Shown: positions 25,053 through 34,760, counted from the stretch's first letter. The stretch: DNA of 64,000 nucleotides from Candidatus Krumholzibacteriota bacterium (GCA_963764625.1 CAVXTH010000008.1:64001-128000); one strand, 5' to 3'. The notes: generated from the letters alone by a model not told the origin. Numbers and translations: made by a program.

Positions 25053-27773
25053 CTAGAGTCCTGCCACATGCACGAGATACTCCCTCACCGCGGCCCCTTC
25101 CCTCTCGCGCAGGCCGAGGCAATCGCCCACGCCCTCGGCCACCTTGTCCAGCTCCTTTTCCTGACCCGCCTTGTAATGCGGGCCGTCCTGCGCAAAGAAG
25201 GCGCGCGCCGCCTCGATCCGGTCGGCCGAGCAGCCCGCGGCGAAGTACGGCATGTACACCGCGAACATGGGCGGCATCTTCTCCATGAGTTGATCGTAAT
25301 TACTCGTCATCCAGTCCCACAAGATCTTCGCGTGGTCCTCGTTGCCGGTCTGGCCGATGCCCATGGGGATGGTGAAGACTTCCTGGGGCCGCAGGTCTCC
25401 GTGGAGACAGTAGTAGAGAGCGTGCTGGATCATGGCCGGGTCGGTGAACCAACCCAAACCGGCCAGGTAGCGACTCCGGTCGGCAGGGATTTTCGAGGTT
25501 TCGAATCCCTTCTTGTACTTGTTGTAGAGCCGCCATCCGCCGCCTTCCAGGGCCGTGATCTGCATGCACTGCCCCAGAACCGAGGGGTCGGCCGTGCCCT
25601 GCCCATCAAGATAGGCTTCGGTGGTCGATCTGGCGTAGGCGATGACGTCCTTGTCGTGCGCGTACTTGCCCAACCACGCGATGAGATTTGGCCGCAAAAG
25701 CGCCGCCGCTTCGCTCTCCCCTTTTCGCGGAGTCAGCCCGAACCGTTCCCGCGCCGGGCCCAGCATCTTGGATACGTAGACGGCAAAAGCATTCTCGAGA
25801 TCCGGGGTGACGAACGCCATGCGCACTTTCCCCATCGCTCCCGTCATGGCCGCGATCACTTCGGGCCGCGGATCGTCAGCCAGGTTGGCAATGACTTTCA
25901 AGTAGTTGCCCCCATCGATACGGCCGGCGTCCAGAAGAGCGGAAACCTGACCCACGAAGGCCACGCGCTCGCGCGGGTTCATGATGTCCACCGCGTCCTT
26001 CGAGAGACGGTTCAAGGTTGCGGGGTCCACGTCCCAGTGGTAGTAGCCCCGCTCGTCGTCGTTGGGATGGATCCACGCCAACTTGCCGGTGGTGGGCAGG
26101 TCGAGCGTCTCTTGGGGTGAACTCAGGAGAGTGCGGACGGTGCGCACCTGCTTCCCGTCGGAGTAGCGCAGCACGACCGGCAGCTGCCAGGTCTGCGCCA
26201 TTTTGTTCTTGGCGCCATAGTTCGCGAAGCGCTCCTGGTGCAGGGAGATCTTTCCATCTCCCAGATCGCTCACGCTCAACAGCGGCACTCCGGGTTGATC
26301 GAGGAAGGTCGACATCGCGGTCCCGATGTCCACCCCGGAGGCCTCGCTCATCGAAGCCCACAGATCGGCCGCGACCGCATTCCCCCAGGCGTTCTCCTTC
26401 ACGTAGGTCAGGATGGTCTTGCGGAAGAGATCTTCCCCCATCCAGTTCTCGAACATCCCCAGCACCGCCATGCCCTTCTCGTAGGTGAGTCCATCGGCGG
26501 CCTGCAACAGTTGGACTTCATTCGTCACCGGCTGCCGGATCGCGCGGGCGTTCTGCTGCGCGTCGGTTCCCATCGCACCTTCGACTCCGAGTACATTCGT
26601 GACTGCGATGCTGTATTCGGGAAAGACTCTGTCTGTGATCTTGTTGCCCAGCCAGGTGGCGAACGACTCGTTGAGCCAGAGATCGTCCCACCAATCCATC
26701 GTCACCTTGTCACCGAACCACATGTGCGCCATCTCGTGGGTCATGGTCGAGGCCATGCCTCGCTTTGCCCGTACTGTGGTTTCCTTGGGATCCATGAGGA
26801 GAATCGTCTCGCGGAAGGTGATGAAGCCCACGTTCTCCATGGCTCCGGCCCAGAACTCCGGCACCGCGACCAGATCGAGTTTCGCGTAGGGGTAGGGTTC
26901 GCCGAAATACTCCTCGAGCGCCTTCAGCAGGGGCGGCGCCATGCGCACCGCCTCCTTTACCAGATCCGATTTGCCCGCGACGGTGATGACGCGTCCTGGT
27001 ACTCCCAGTCCGGGAATGTCCGTGGTTTCCAAAGGACCCGCGGCCAGAGCGAGCAGGTAGGAAGGCATGGGCTTGGTGACCTTGAAGGCCACCTCACGCC
27101 ACCCGTCCTTCGTGCTCTCCTGTTCGATGGGCGTGTTCGAGTAGACTTTCTGTCCCTCGGGAACCGAGATCGTCATCTGCCAGGGAATCTTGAAACGCGG
27201 TTCGTCATAACAGGGAAAGGCCTGGCGGGCATCGATGGCCTCGAACTGAGTGAAGAGATAGGCCTTGCCGTCAGTGACCAGACGATAGAGACCGCGTGCC
27301 GTGGTATCGAATTCTTGGGAGAACTCGATGCTGAGCGTGTACTCGGCCGTGGGCTCGAGAGCTTTCGCCGCCTTGAAGTTTACTCTCTTGTCGTCTTGCA
27401 TCTTGAAGGTCACGGGGATCATTCCGGTGGGACCCTCCAACTCCACTTTCTGAAACTCCATGTCCTCGGCGTGGAGCTGAAAGTGATCTCTCGTTTCCTT
27501 GGGCTTGAGATGAATGTAAACCACCCCGGTATAGCTCGTCTCTTCGGGATTCAGTCGCAGTTGGATTTCCTCGAAGATGGGGGCAATCGCATCGTCGAGA
27601 CGAATGCTTGCCGTCGGCGCGGACTTCGCCTTAGCGACCGTGGCCTGTGATTCCGCGCCTGAGGTCGCGAGGGAGTCGGCCTTCGAGTCAGTGGCGGAGC
27701 CTTGTCCGAGCGCGGCGTTCGCGCTGAAGCACAGAAGGATTCCCAATCCGAGACGCAGCAGGTGAGTCCGCAT
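25053..27773 (-). CDS. M1 family aminopeptidase with an ERAP1-like C-terminal domain, secreted
   Basis: TQFEAIDARQAFPC, GAMEN, HEMAH...WLNESFA and YEKG. Confidence 0.96.
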   Translation of the reverse strand: MRTHLLRLGLGILLCFSANAALGQGSATDSKADSLATSGAESQATVAKAKSAPTASIRLDDAIAPIFEEIQLRLNPEETSYTGVVYIHLKPKETRDHFQLHAEDMEFQKVELEGPTGMIPVTFKMQDDKRVNFKAAKALEPTAEYTLSIEFSQEFDTTARGLYRLVTDGKAYLFTQFEAIDARQAFPCYDEPRFKIPWQMTISVPEGQKVYSNTPIEQESTKDGWREVAFKVTKPMPSYLLALAAGPLETTDIPGLGVPGRVITVAGKSDLVKEAVRMAPPLLKALEEYFGEPYPYAKLDLVAVPEFWAGAMENVGFITFRETILLMDPKETTVRAKRGMASTMTHEMAHMWFGDKVTMDWWDDLWLNESFATWLGNKITDRVFPEYSIAVTNVLGVEGAMGTDAQQNARAIRQPVTNEVQLLQAADGLTYEKGMAVLGMFENWMGEDLFRKTILTYVKENAWGNAVAADLWASMSEASGVDIGTAMSTFLDQPGVPLLSVSDLGDGKISLHQERFANYGAKNKMAQTWQLPVVLRYSDGKQVRTVRTLLSSPQETLDLPTTGKLAWIHPNDDERGYYHWDVDPATLNRLSKDAVDIMNPRERVAFVGQVSALLDAGRIDGGNYLKVIANLADDPRPEVIAAMTGAMGKVRMAFVTPDLENAFAVYVSKMLGPARERFGLTPRKGESEAAALLRPNLIAWLGKYAHDKDVIAYARSTTEAYLDGQGTADPSVLGQCMQITALEGGGWRLYNKYKKGFETSKIPADRSRYLAGLGWFTDPAMIQHALYYCLHGDLRPQEVFTIPMGIGQTGNEDHAKILWDWMTSNYDQLMEKMPPMFAVYMPYFAAGCSADRIEAARAFFAQDGPHYKAGQEKELDKVAEGVGDCLGLREREGAAVREYLVHVAGL

Positions 27774-27929
27774 GGCGGTGACGCTGAACATCGAACGATC
27801 TCCTTGGAGGAATTCAAGTCAATTGGCGAAAACAGCCCTTTCGCCTACGATGCAAGGGGTGGAAAGAGTTGCACCGATCGCGCGTGATACATTGGGCGTC
27901 TCCGTCCGCAAATGCAAGGACCGAGGTCG

Positions 27930-30002
27930 ATGAAGACAGAAACTCGAGCCTACGGCAGCTGGAAGAGCCCCATCACTCCCTCCTCCCTCGCGGCAGGCTC
28001 TCTGAATCTGTCGCAACTGCGCGTGGCCAACGGCCGCGCGTATTGGGCCGAGATGCGTCCCGCCGAGGAAGGACGCGTGGCCATCGTGTCCTGCCCGCTG
28101 CGGGGTGGGCCGGTGCGCGAAGAAATTCCCGCTGTGATGAGCGCGCGCAACCGCGTCAACGAATACGGCAGCGGCGCCTATTGCGTGAGCGACGATGGCC
28201 TGTGGTTCACCAACCTAAAGGACCAGAGACTCTATCGAATCGGTGTCGACGGGGCCTGCGTTCCCATCACCCCTGCAGCGACCGAAGATCAGCGCTATTG
28301 CGATCCGCAGCTCAGTCCCGACGGACGCTGGATCGTCTGTCAGCGGGAGCGGCATCCCGCGGTGGCGTCAACCCGCGCGGGCGAGGTGCTCAACGAGCTC
28401 GTGCTCGTGCCGGCGGACGGATCGGATGCGCCGAGAGTGATCGCGTCCGGCTGTGACTTCTACGGCCCGGCACGCCTGCGCCCCGACGGCAGGGCCCTGG
28501 CGTGGTTGCAGTGGAATCACCCCCAAATGCCCTGGGATGGTTGCGAGCTCATGGTGGCAAGCTTGGGCGCGGACGGCACGGTGCGCGACCCACGACGCGT
28601 CGCGGGCGGGAAGACGGTCAGCGTCTTTCAACCCTCATGGTCGGCCGAGGGCGTTCTCCATTTTGTGAGCGATCAGAGCGGCTGGTGGAATTTGTATCGT
28701 CTCGAAGACCAGGTGGCGCGCAACCTCTGCCCCATGGAAGCGGAGTTCGGCAGCCCCTACTGGGCGTTCTGGATTTCGATGCACACCCATCTCGAGAGTG
28801 GACGCATCGCCTCTCTCTGCATCGAGAAAGGGCAGGAGCGATTGGGTTTGGTGGATGCCGATCGCGGATGTTTCGAAGCCTTTGCGCTGCCTTTGAGCAA
28901 CTTCGGACAGGGTGGCGAACTCGTGAGCGACGGCGCCGACCGTCTCGTTTTTCTGGGTGGATCTCCCACGCGCGCGACCGCAATCTATTCTCTTTCGCTG
29001 CAAGACCACGCCGCGCGTGAGGGCTTGGGGACCAACCACGCCCTACGCGAACTCCACCGGCCCGGCGCAGAAGAGATCGACCCGCGCTATCTCTCGGAGC
29101 CCCGCGTGATTTCCTTTCCCGCCGCACCCTTCTCCAACCGCTGGAGCGGCAGAACCCCGGGAGAGGTGGAAACGAGAGGCGATGGCGACGCCGTGTCCCA
29201 TACGGCCCATGCCTTTTATTACCCGCCCAAGAACGACGACTACGTGGCGCCCGAAGGAGAGCGACCTCCCCTGGTGGTCATGTGTCACGGCGGCCCGACC
29301 GGCGCCACGAATACCGCGCTCATGCTCAAGGCGCAGTTCTGGACGAGCCGTGGTTTCGCGGTAGTGGACGTGAACTATCGGGGCAGCACCGGGTATGGAC
29401 GCGCGTATCGCGAGGCGATCAACGGCAACAGCGGGCTGGTGGAGCCGCGCGACTGCGAGGCGGCCGCACGCTACCTGGCGAAGGAAGGACTGGTCGATGA
29501 AGCGCGCATGGCGGTGCGCGGGGGCAGCGCCGGCGGGTACGTCGTGCTGTGCTGCGCCGTGTTTCCCTCGGGGGATGACTCCTGCTTCAGCGCCGGTACT
29601 TCACTCTACGGAATCGGCGACCTCGAAGCTCTGGTGCGCGACACCCACAAGTTCGAGTCGCACTACCCCTTCACTCTCATCGCACCCTACCCGGCCGAAC
29701 GGGAAGTCTACCGCGAGCGCTCCCCTCTTTACTTCGTGCAGCGGGCCGCGTTCCCGCTCTTCTTGATGCAGGGTCTGCAGGATCCGGTCGTCCCCCCCAA
29801 TCAGGCCGAGGGCATGGCCAAGGCCCTGCGGGAGGCCCACCTTCCCTTCGCCTACCTTCCCTTTGAGGGGGAAGGGCACGGCTTTAGGCGAGAGGAAAAT
29901 ATCGCCAAGAGCTTCGCCGCGGAGCTCTCGTTCTACGGCCAGGTGTTCGGATTCCGCCCGGATTCGGTCGATTTCGCGCTAAAAATCGAAAATTTGGGGT
30001 GA
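27930..30002 (+). CDS. S9 family (prolyl oligopeptidase / acylaminoacyl peptidase-like) serine peptidase
   Basis: YGSWKSPI N-terminus, HGGPT, NYRGSTGYG, GGSAGG, DPVVPP and EGHGF. Confidence 0.95.
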   Translation: MKTETRAYGSWKSPITPSSLAAGSLNLSQLRVANGRAYWAEMRPAEEGRVAIVSCPLRGGPVREEIPAVMSARNRVNEYGSGAYCVSDDGLWFTNLKDQRLYRIGVDGACVPITPAATEDQRYCDPQLSPDGRWIVCQRERHPAVASTRAGEVLNELVLVPADGSDAPRVIASGCDFYGPARLRPDGRALAWLQWNHPQMPWDGCELMVASLGADGTVRDPRRVAGGKTVSVFQPSWSAEGVLHFVSDQSGWWNLYRLEDQVARNLCPMEAEFGSPYWAFWISMHTHLESGRIASLCIEKGQERLGLVDADRGCFEAFALPLSNFGQGGELVSDGADRLVFLGGSPTRATAIYSLSLQDHAAREGLGTNHALRELHRPGAEEIDPRYLSEPRVISFPAAPFSNRWSGRTPGEVETRGDGDAVSHTAHAFYYPPKNDDYVAPEGERPPLVVMCHGGPTGATNTALMLKAQFWTSRGFAVVDVNYRGSTGYGRAYREAINGNSGLVEPRDCEAAARYLAKEGLVDEARMAVRGGSAGGYVVLCCAVFPSGDDSCFSAGTSLYGIGDLEALVRDTHKFESHYPFTLIAPYPAEREVYRERSPLYFVQRAAFPLFLMQGLQDPVVPPNQAEGMAKALREAHLPFAYLPFEGEGHGFRREENIAKSFAAELSFYGQVFGFRPDSVDFALKIENLG

Positions 30003-30040
30003 GCTGGCTCAAACGCGCCGCGATTCCGTATAATCAATGT

Positions 30041-30190
30041 GAGGCCGGCAACGGTCTCGGATGTTAGCCGAAACTCCGTGCTGAGCGAATCGCTCTGCTG
30101 GGATTCAGGCGCCAGGTCCTGAATCTCGGAGTCTTGTCTGTGAAGCATCGGACACTTCGGGAGGCGGCCCATTGGGCCGCCTTCTCTTTG
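30041..30190 (+). ncRNA. Candidate structured small RNA with its own -10 box and intrinsic terminator
   Basis: TATAAT at 30029-30034; six helices identified by eye; terminator 30162-30182; lies between convergent genes; no known family recognised. Confidence 0.6.
30162..30189 (+). terminator. Rho-independent terminator
   Basis: AGGCGGCCC-ATT-GGGCCGCCT followed by TCTCTTT. Confidence 0.75.
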
Positions 30191-30199
30191 GGTGCTTCT

Positions 30200-31657
30200 C
30201 TAGTCGCGAGGAAAGAAGCGAAAGCAACTCTGGGGACTCCAGCGCGGTCCGCCCCGCGTTTGCGCCAGACGATAGCCCGCCCGCAGGGCCATGCGTAGCT
30301 CGCTCGGCCGGACTCCCAACAGCGCGGCTGGTACGCCTCTTTTCGCAAAGGCTAGCGCACCCGAGTCGAACCAATCCGTATCGTCGTCTCGATTTCGCAC
30401 TCCCAGTTCGTCGAAGCGCGCGGCCTCGCCCAAGTACCTTCCCAGTTCGTTGTCGCGCGTACCCTCGACGACCAAAGTGTCGTGCGGCGCTGCCGTGGTC
30501 TCTTCTCCCTTCAGCACCAGCGCCCCCGCGCATCCGCTGAGATCGAACGGTGCGACGAGTGCGAACTCCTCGGCACCAAGATTTCCCCGTGTGCTGAGCG
30601 TACTTGCCACGAAGGCAACCGTACGCGCCGGTCGCTGCGGTAGCGCAGAGTACGCGGTGGCCAGAGCGAGCAGCCCCGCGGTGGCACGCGCGTTGGCGCT
30701 TCCGCCATCCCACGGCGCGCAGTATACGATGCTCTGCTCCTCGGCGTACCGGCCGGGAATCTCCCCCACCACGTTGAAGGAACGCGACTGGCGCACCTCG
30801 AGGGTAACCTCGCCCTCGACTTTGGGCGAAAGAACCCGCCCGCGAAAACCTTGAGTGTGTGCGGCCCACCGTGCGCGCTTCACCTGGATGCCCGCTTCTT
30901 TCAAGATGCGTGTGCCGGCCTCTTCAGAGATCCAGGCTTGGAAGCGACAGTTCGACGCCAGCTCCTCGCGGCGGAAAAGCGCAAAGCCTTCGAAGCGTTC
31001 CTTCCACCGGGCCCACTCGGCGGCCGAGCGCGTCGAGTCGGGCATGAGCAACACGCCCAACGCTCCACGGCGTTTTGCTTCCGCCACTTGATAGCGCCAG
31101 TGGGAGTACCAGTCACTGGTATCGGGGCGCGGGGGGTCGAAATCGGCGAGAACGAGCACCACTTTACCCACGACGGAAAGACCTTGGTAGTCGTCGCGGC
31201 GGCGCTCGGGGGCCACCACGCCCCGGCCGACGAAGACGAGAGCGCTCGACGGAATGTGAAGGCTGGTACTATCAGCGCGCGCGGAGAGGAGAAGGTTCTC
31301 CCCCTGACCTAATTCGGTGGAGCCCACCTGAAGTTTTGCCGTGCCCACCCGCGTGGCGACGGTCGCAACCGCCTGCAGATACTTCCCCTCGTCGCCCGCC
31401 GGTTGCAGCCCGATTTGAGCGAAGCGTCGCATGAGATGACGCAGGGTTCGACGCTCGGTCTCGCCGAAGGGTGGACGGGGCGCGTGCCCTTCCCCTTCGA
31501 GCGCACGAGAGTCGGCTGCGATGTCAGCTGGCTGCATGGTGGCGACGACCGCGGCCGGCACTTTGGTGGAGAGCCGGTCCCAACCGAAACGCAGGCAGCC
31601 GGAGGCAGCGAGCGCGAATCCCGCGAGCAGAAGGATCAGCCCGCGTCGGCGCATCAT
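30200..31657 (-). CDS. M28 peptidase-like lipoprotein with a PA domain; zinc ligands degenerate
   Basis: Lipobox ASGC; PA-domain LVFVG.GVVAPE..RDDY.GL.V.GKVVLVL; SFNVVGEIPG; catalytic motifs altered. Confidence 0.8.
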   Translation of the reverse strand: MMRRRGLILLLAGFALAASGCLRFGWDRLSTKVPAAVVATMQPADIAADSRALEGEGHAPRPPFGETERRTLRHLMRRFAQIGLQPAGDEGKYLQAVATVATRVGTAKLQVGSTELGQGENLLLSARADSTSLHIPSSALVFVGRGVVAPERRRDDYQGLSVVGKVVLVLADFDPPRPDTSDWYSHWRYQVAEAKRRGALGVLLMPDSTRSAAEWARWKERFEGFALFRREELASNCRFQAWISEEAGTRILKEAGIQVKRARWAAHTQGFRGRVLSPKVEGEVTLEVRQSRSFNVVGEIPGRYAEEQSIVYCAPWDGGSANARATAGLLALATAYSALPQRPARTVAFVASTLSTRGNLGAEEFALVAPFDLSGCAGALVLKGEETTAAPHDTLVVEGTRDNELGRYLGEAARFDELGVRNRDDDTDWFDSGALAFAKRGVPAALLGVRPSELRMALRAGYRLAQTRGGPRWSPQSCFRFFPRD

Positions 31658-32664
31658 GATTTGGCTTTTCTGCGCGATTTTTCGATGAAGCTGTGTCCGA
31701 TTGCGGCGCGGTGGATCTCGCGAATCGTGTCGATGCCCAGCTCCTTGAGAAAGAGCGCACTCTCACGGTTTTGGCTGGTGGCGCTCACCGTGGTGTTGTC
31801 GGTGCACAGCGCGACCGGAATGCCGTACTCGAGAAAAGTGAAGATGGGGTGCCGCTCCCCGCGCGCGACCGCGCCGGTCTGGTAGTTCGAGCTGGGGGCG
31901 CACTCGACCAAAATTTGATCCTTGGCCATTCTCTTCAGCAGCGCTTTGTCCTGCACGGCACTGCAACCGTGACCGATGCGGGTGCAACCCAGCGTGTCGA
32001 TGGACTCCCAGATGTAGGCCGGGCCTTCCGCCTCGCCGGCGTGCGCGGTGAGACCCAGGCCGGCTTGTCCGGCGATCTCGTACGCTTTGTGGAAAAGGTG
32101 CGGTGCGTTGCCTTTTTCCGCACCGGCGATGTCGAAACCGATCACGCCGCAGCGATCGTGCAGATGCTGGGCGTCTCCGGCCGCGCCGCGGGCCAGGATT
32201 TTGGCGATGTGCGGGCCGTGGTGGCGCATGGCGATGACGATGAGTCCGGTTTGAATTCCAAAGTCCTTCTCGGCGTGGTTCAGGGCCGAGAGCACCGCGC
32301 GGATGGATTGGCGAATCGTGAGCCCGCCGTAGATGTGGATGATCGGCGAGTAGCGCAGCTCGAGGGTCTTTACTCCGTTCTTGGCCGCCTCGGCGCAGAT
32401 GGTAGCGGTGACCTGGGTGATGTTCTCGTAGAATTGGGTGATCCACATCGGGTAGTGAAACTTGTCGAGATAGCTCAGCAGCGAGCCCTCTTCCTCGGGC
32501 TGCAGGACCAGAAGCTTTCTCATCTCGCGCAGGCTGTCCACCGGGTTGAGTCCGTAGCGCTTCATGATGCGCCAGGTCACGGCCGCCGGAATCGAACCGT
32601 CGACGTGTTGGTGGAGCTCGGTCTTCGCAAGCTTGCGTATGGACGCGGGGATCGTAGGGTTCAT
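31654..32664 (-). CDS. add: Adenosine/adenine deaminase family protein
   Basis: KTELHQHVDGS, ELRYSP, GFDIAG.E, HAGE, RIGHG and CTDN. Confidence 0.9.
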   Translation of the reverse strand: MNPTIPASIRKLAKTELHQHVDGSIPAAVTWRIMKRYGLNPVDSLREMRKLLVLQPEEEGSLLSYLDKFHYPMWITQFYENITQVTATICAEAAKNGVKTLELRYSPIIHIYGGLTIRQSIRAVLSALNHAEKDFGIQTGLIVIAMRHHGPHIAKILARGAAGDAQHLHDRCGVIGFDIAGAEKGNAPHLFHKAYEIAGQAGLGLTAHAGEAEGPAYIWESIDTLGCTRIGHGCSAVQDKALLKRMAKDQILVECAPSSNYQTGAVARGERHPIFTFLEYGIPVALCTDNTTVSATSQNRESALFLKELGIDTIREIHRAAIGHSFIEKSRRKAKS

Positions 32665-32862
32665 GGGGTCTCCTTGGACTGCGGAAGCGTCTTCTCCGCG
32701 GGGTCTCTCTCTTCGTTCTTGTTGGGCAGTAGTCTAAGCCCGTGCCGCGAGGGCGCCAATGGGGGATCGACCTCGGCACCCTTCGTGCTAGGATGGGTTT
32801 GGAGGCGTTCCCGCATGCATGCATTGATGAACAGGATTCTCTCTGCAGCTCGTGGAGGGCGA

Positions 32863-33897
32863 ATGCTTCCCAGGATCATGGCCTTCGCCGCGCTGATTCT
32901 CGGCGCCACGAGCGCCTTCAGCACCCTCAGTACACCCCGCGCCTTTGCCACGACCTGGCATGTCGAGAAGGATGGCAGCGGGGATTTCACGGTCATTCAG
33001 GATGCGCTGAACAGCTGTGCATCGGGAGATACGGTGCTCGTGGGTCCAGGGCGCTACACGGAACATGCGCCCTTCGACTTCGGGGCGCTCACCGAGGATA
33101 CCTACGTGGTGGTGGATACACCCAACCTCACGCTTCGGGGAACGGACAGGGATGCGGTGATTGTAGGGCCCGAGGTATTTACTAAGATCAACTCGCGGGA
33201 ACCGAACGGGATTGCTACGTCTCTCCAAGCTGCTAGTCCGAAGATAGAGAATCTCACGGTGGAAAATGTAGTGGATGGAGTCACCATCGAGGTTGCGGCA
33301 GATGCCACAGACTGCATTCTACGCAATTGTGAGGACGGATTCATCATTGGCTCAAGTGCGAATCACACCTTCACTCGGTGCGAGGTCTACGATAGCCCGG
33401 GCTGAAGCATGGCCTGCTACCTCCAGTTTCAGTTTGGCACGGACGGCACAATCCAGAGCAACACCTTCGAGGCCGGGAACATTAATGTTTTCGACTCCAG
33501 TGCCAATCTCATCAGCAATGATATTGGACCTAGTCCAGTCGTGAATCTCCAATTCAGTGGAATCGCACTGACTGCAACCCGAAACATCTTCCGCGGAGCT
33601 GGAGATGCTACGGTCTTCTTAAGTGGAAATTCTGTAGAAATGCATGACAACCATATTCTCAACAATGGGGGATATACGGTGCGGATCAACAACTACGACA
33701 GCCCCAACTACACCCTCCACCTGACCAACAACTGGTGGGGTACAGCAGACTCCACCCAGATCGCCGCCTGGATTCGAGACGTGCACGACGACCCCAAGTT
33801 CAACATCGAGGTGAAGTTCGTGCCCTTCGCGGATCAGCCGCTGCCGGCTCGCTCCGCCAGCTTCGGCCAACTGAAGGCGCGGTTCGGCGGGTACTAG
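32863..33897 (+). pseudogene. Secreted beta-helix protein with an FGxLK tail, interrupted by an in-frame TGA at 33403-33405
   Basis: GGAGG RBS, signal peptide and ATTWHVEKDGSGDF.VIQDA; the frame continues after the TGA (SMACYL...NNWWG...PLPARSASFGQLKARF). Confidence 0.75.
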
Positions 33898-34103
33898 CTC
33901 GAGCCACGGCGTGCGCCAACTCGTTCGTACGTCCGCGCAGGTTTCTACCCGGCCATCAAAGTTTTTTGGGAAACTGATGTGGCCGGGTAGACAAATCCGC
34001 GCGCGATCGTATGCCCCCGTGTACGGAAGTACATATATGGTCTTTTGTGCCCGGGTAGACGGAGGCCCTCGCCTCATCGGCTTCGATGACAACGACTTGA
34101 AAT

Positions 34104-34760
34104 TTATAGCCGGCTATAAAATCGTCCGCGGTGATTTCTCCGCCCGGACAGACAAATCTGTCTCCGAACGAGTGTCCCTGGGTACCCTGATTTGGATTCG
34201 CCCTCCGTGCCTCGCCTCTGGTTGGCCGCCTTCAACGCGCCCCAGCTCCTGGATGCCACGCCGATCACATTGCAGGTGAAGGTGAAGTCCTCGTACCCCG
34301 TGAAGTCGAAGAGGGCAAACGCGCAGTTTGTGAGGTCCGATCCGTAGCCTGTTTCGAGCAGACTCAAGGGAAGAGGGGTGGGCAGGGGCACGCACTCCGT
34401 GGATTGCGGAGTCGTGGCACCGGAGATGTACGTGGGGCCCGCTTCAGCCCCACCGGCATAGAAGCACTCTCGGGTTCCAACGCGAACGTCACCTGGGTCC
34501 AACCCAAAATTCAGACCGCTGGAGGGATAGTAGGTGAATGACTTGAAACCCAAGCCGGTCTCGTGGGAGAGAGAAAGGTTGTATTCGTGGCCAAAGAGTT
34601 GGGTGAGCCCGGTCGCGATGACATAGAGTTCGAGCGAGGGGAGAGCGCCGTGCTCCGGGTCGGGATGGCCCCATTCCCTGAGATACGACCGATACATCAA
34701 AATAAATCGATGAATTTTGTTCGTACGCATATTTGCTGGATATCCACTACTTTTTGCCAT
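34104..34760 (-). pseudogene. Remnant of a secreted protein with an SWGALK tail
   Basis: Middle part is GC3-rich and protein-like, ending FTCNVIGVASRSWGALKAA; no signal peptide; the ORF 5' part runs into the AT-rich promoter region. Confidence 0.5.

Noticed and set aside
30066-30165. Hammerhead-ribozyme-like layout (GAAAC...GUC followed by a stem)
   Set aside because: The required CUGANGA core is absent at the right position (CUUCGGGA instead), and CCGAA/UUCGG pairing explains the sequence better
31693-32862. N-terminal 390 aa of the 570-aa ORF
   Set aside because: Mostly antisense to adenosine deaminase; the real gene starts at the RBS-preceded ATG 32863
33403-33405. Second selenocysteine codon
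   Set aside because: No redox motif, no convincing SECIS hairpin downstream, and beta-helix proteins are not known selenoproteins; a nonsense mutation or base error is more likely
33911-34279. 122-aa plus-strand ORF
   Set aside because: No RBS or recognisable motif, and it overlaps the minus-strand remnant; not supported as a gene
32863-34760. Diversity-generating retroelement
   Set aside because: No reverse transcriptase and no template/variable repeat pair seen in the window
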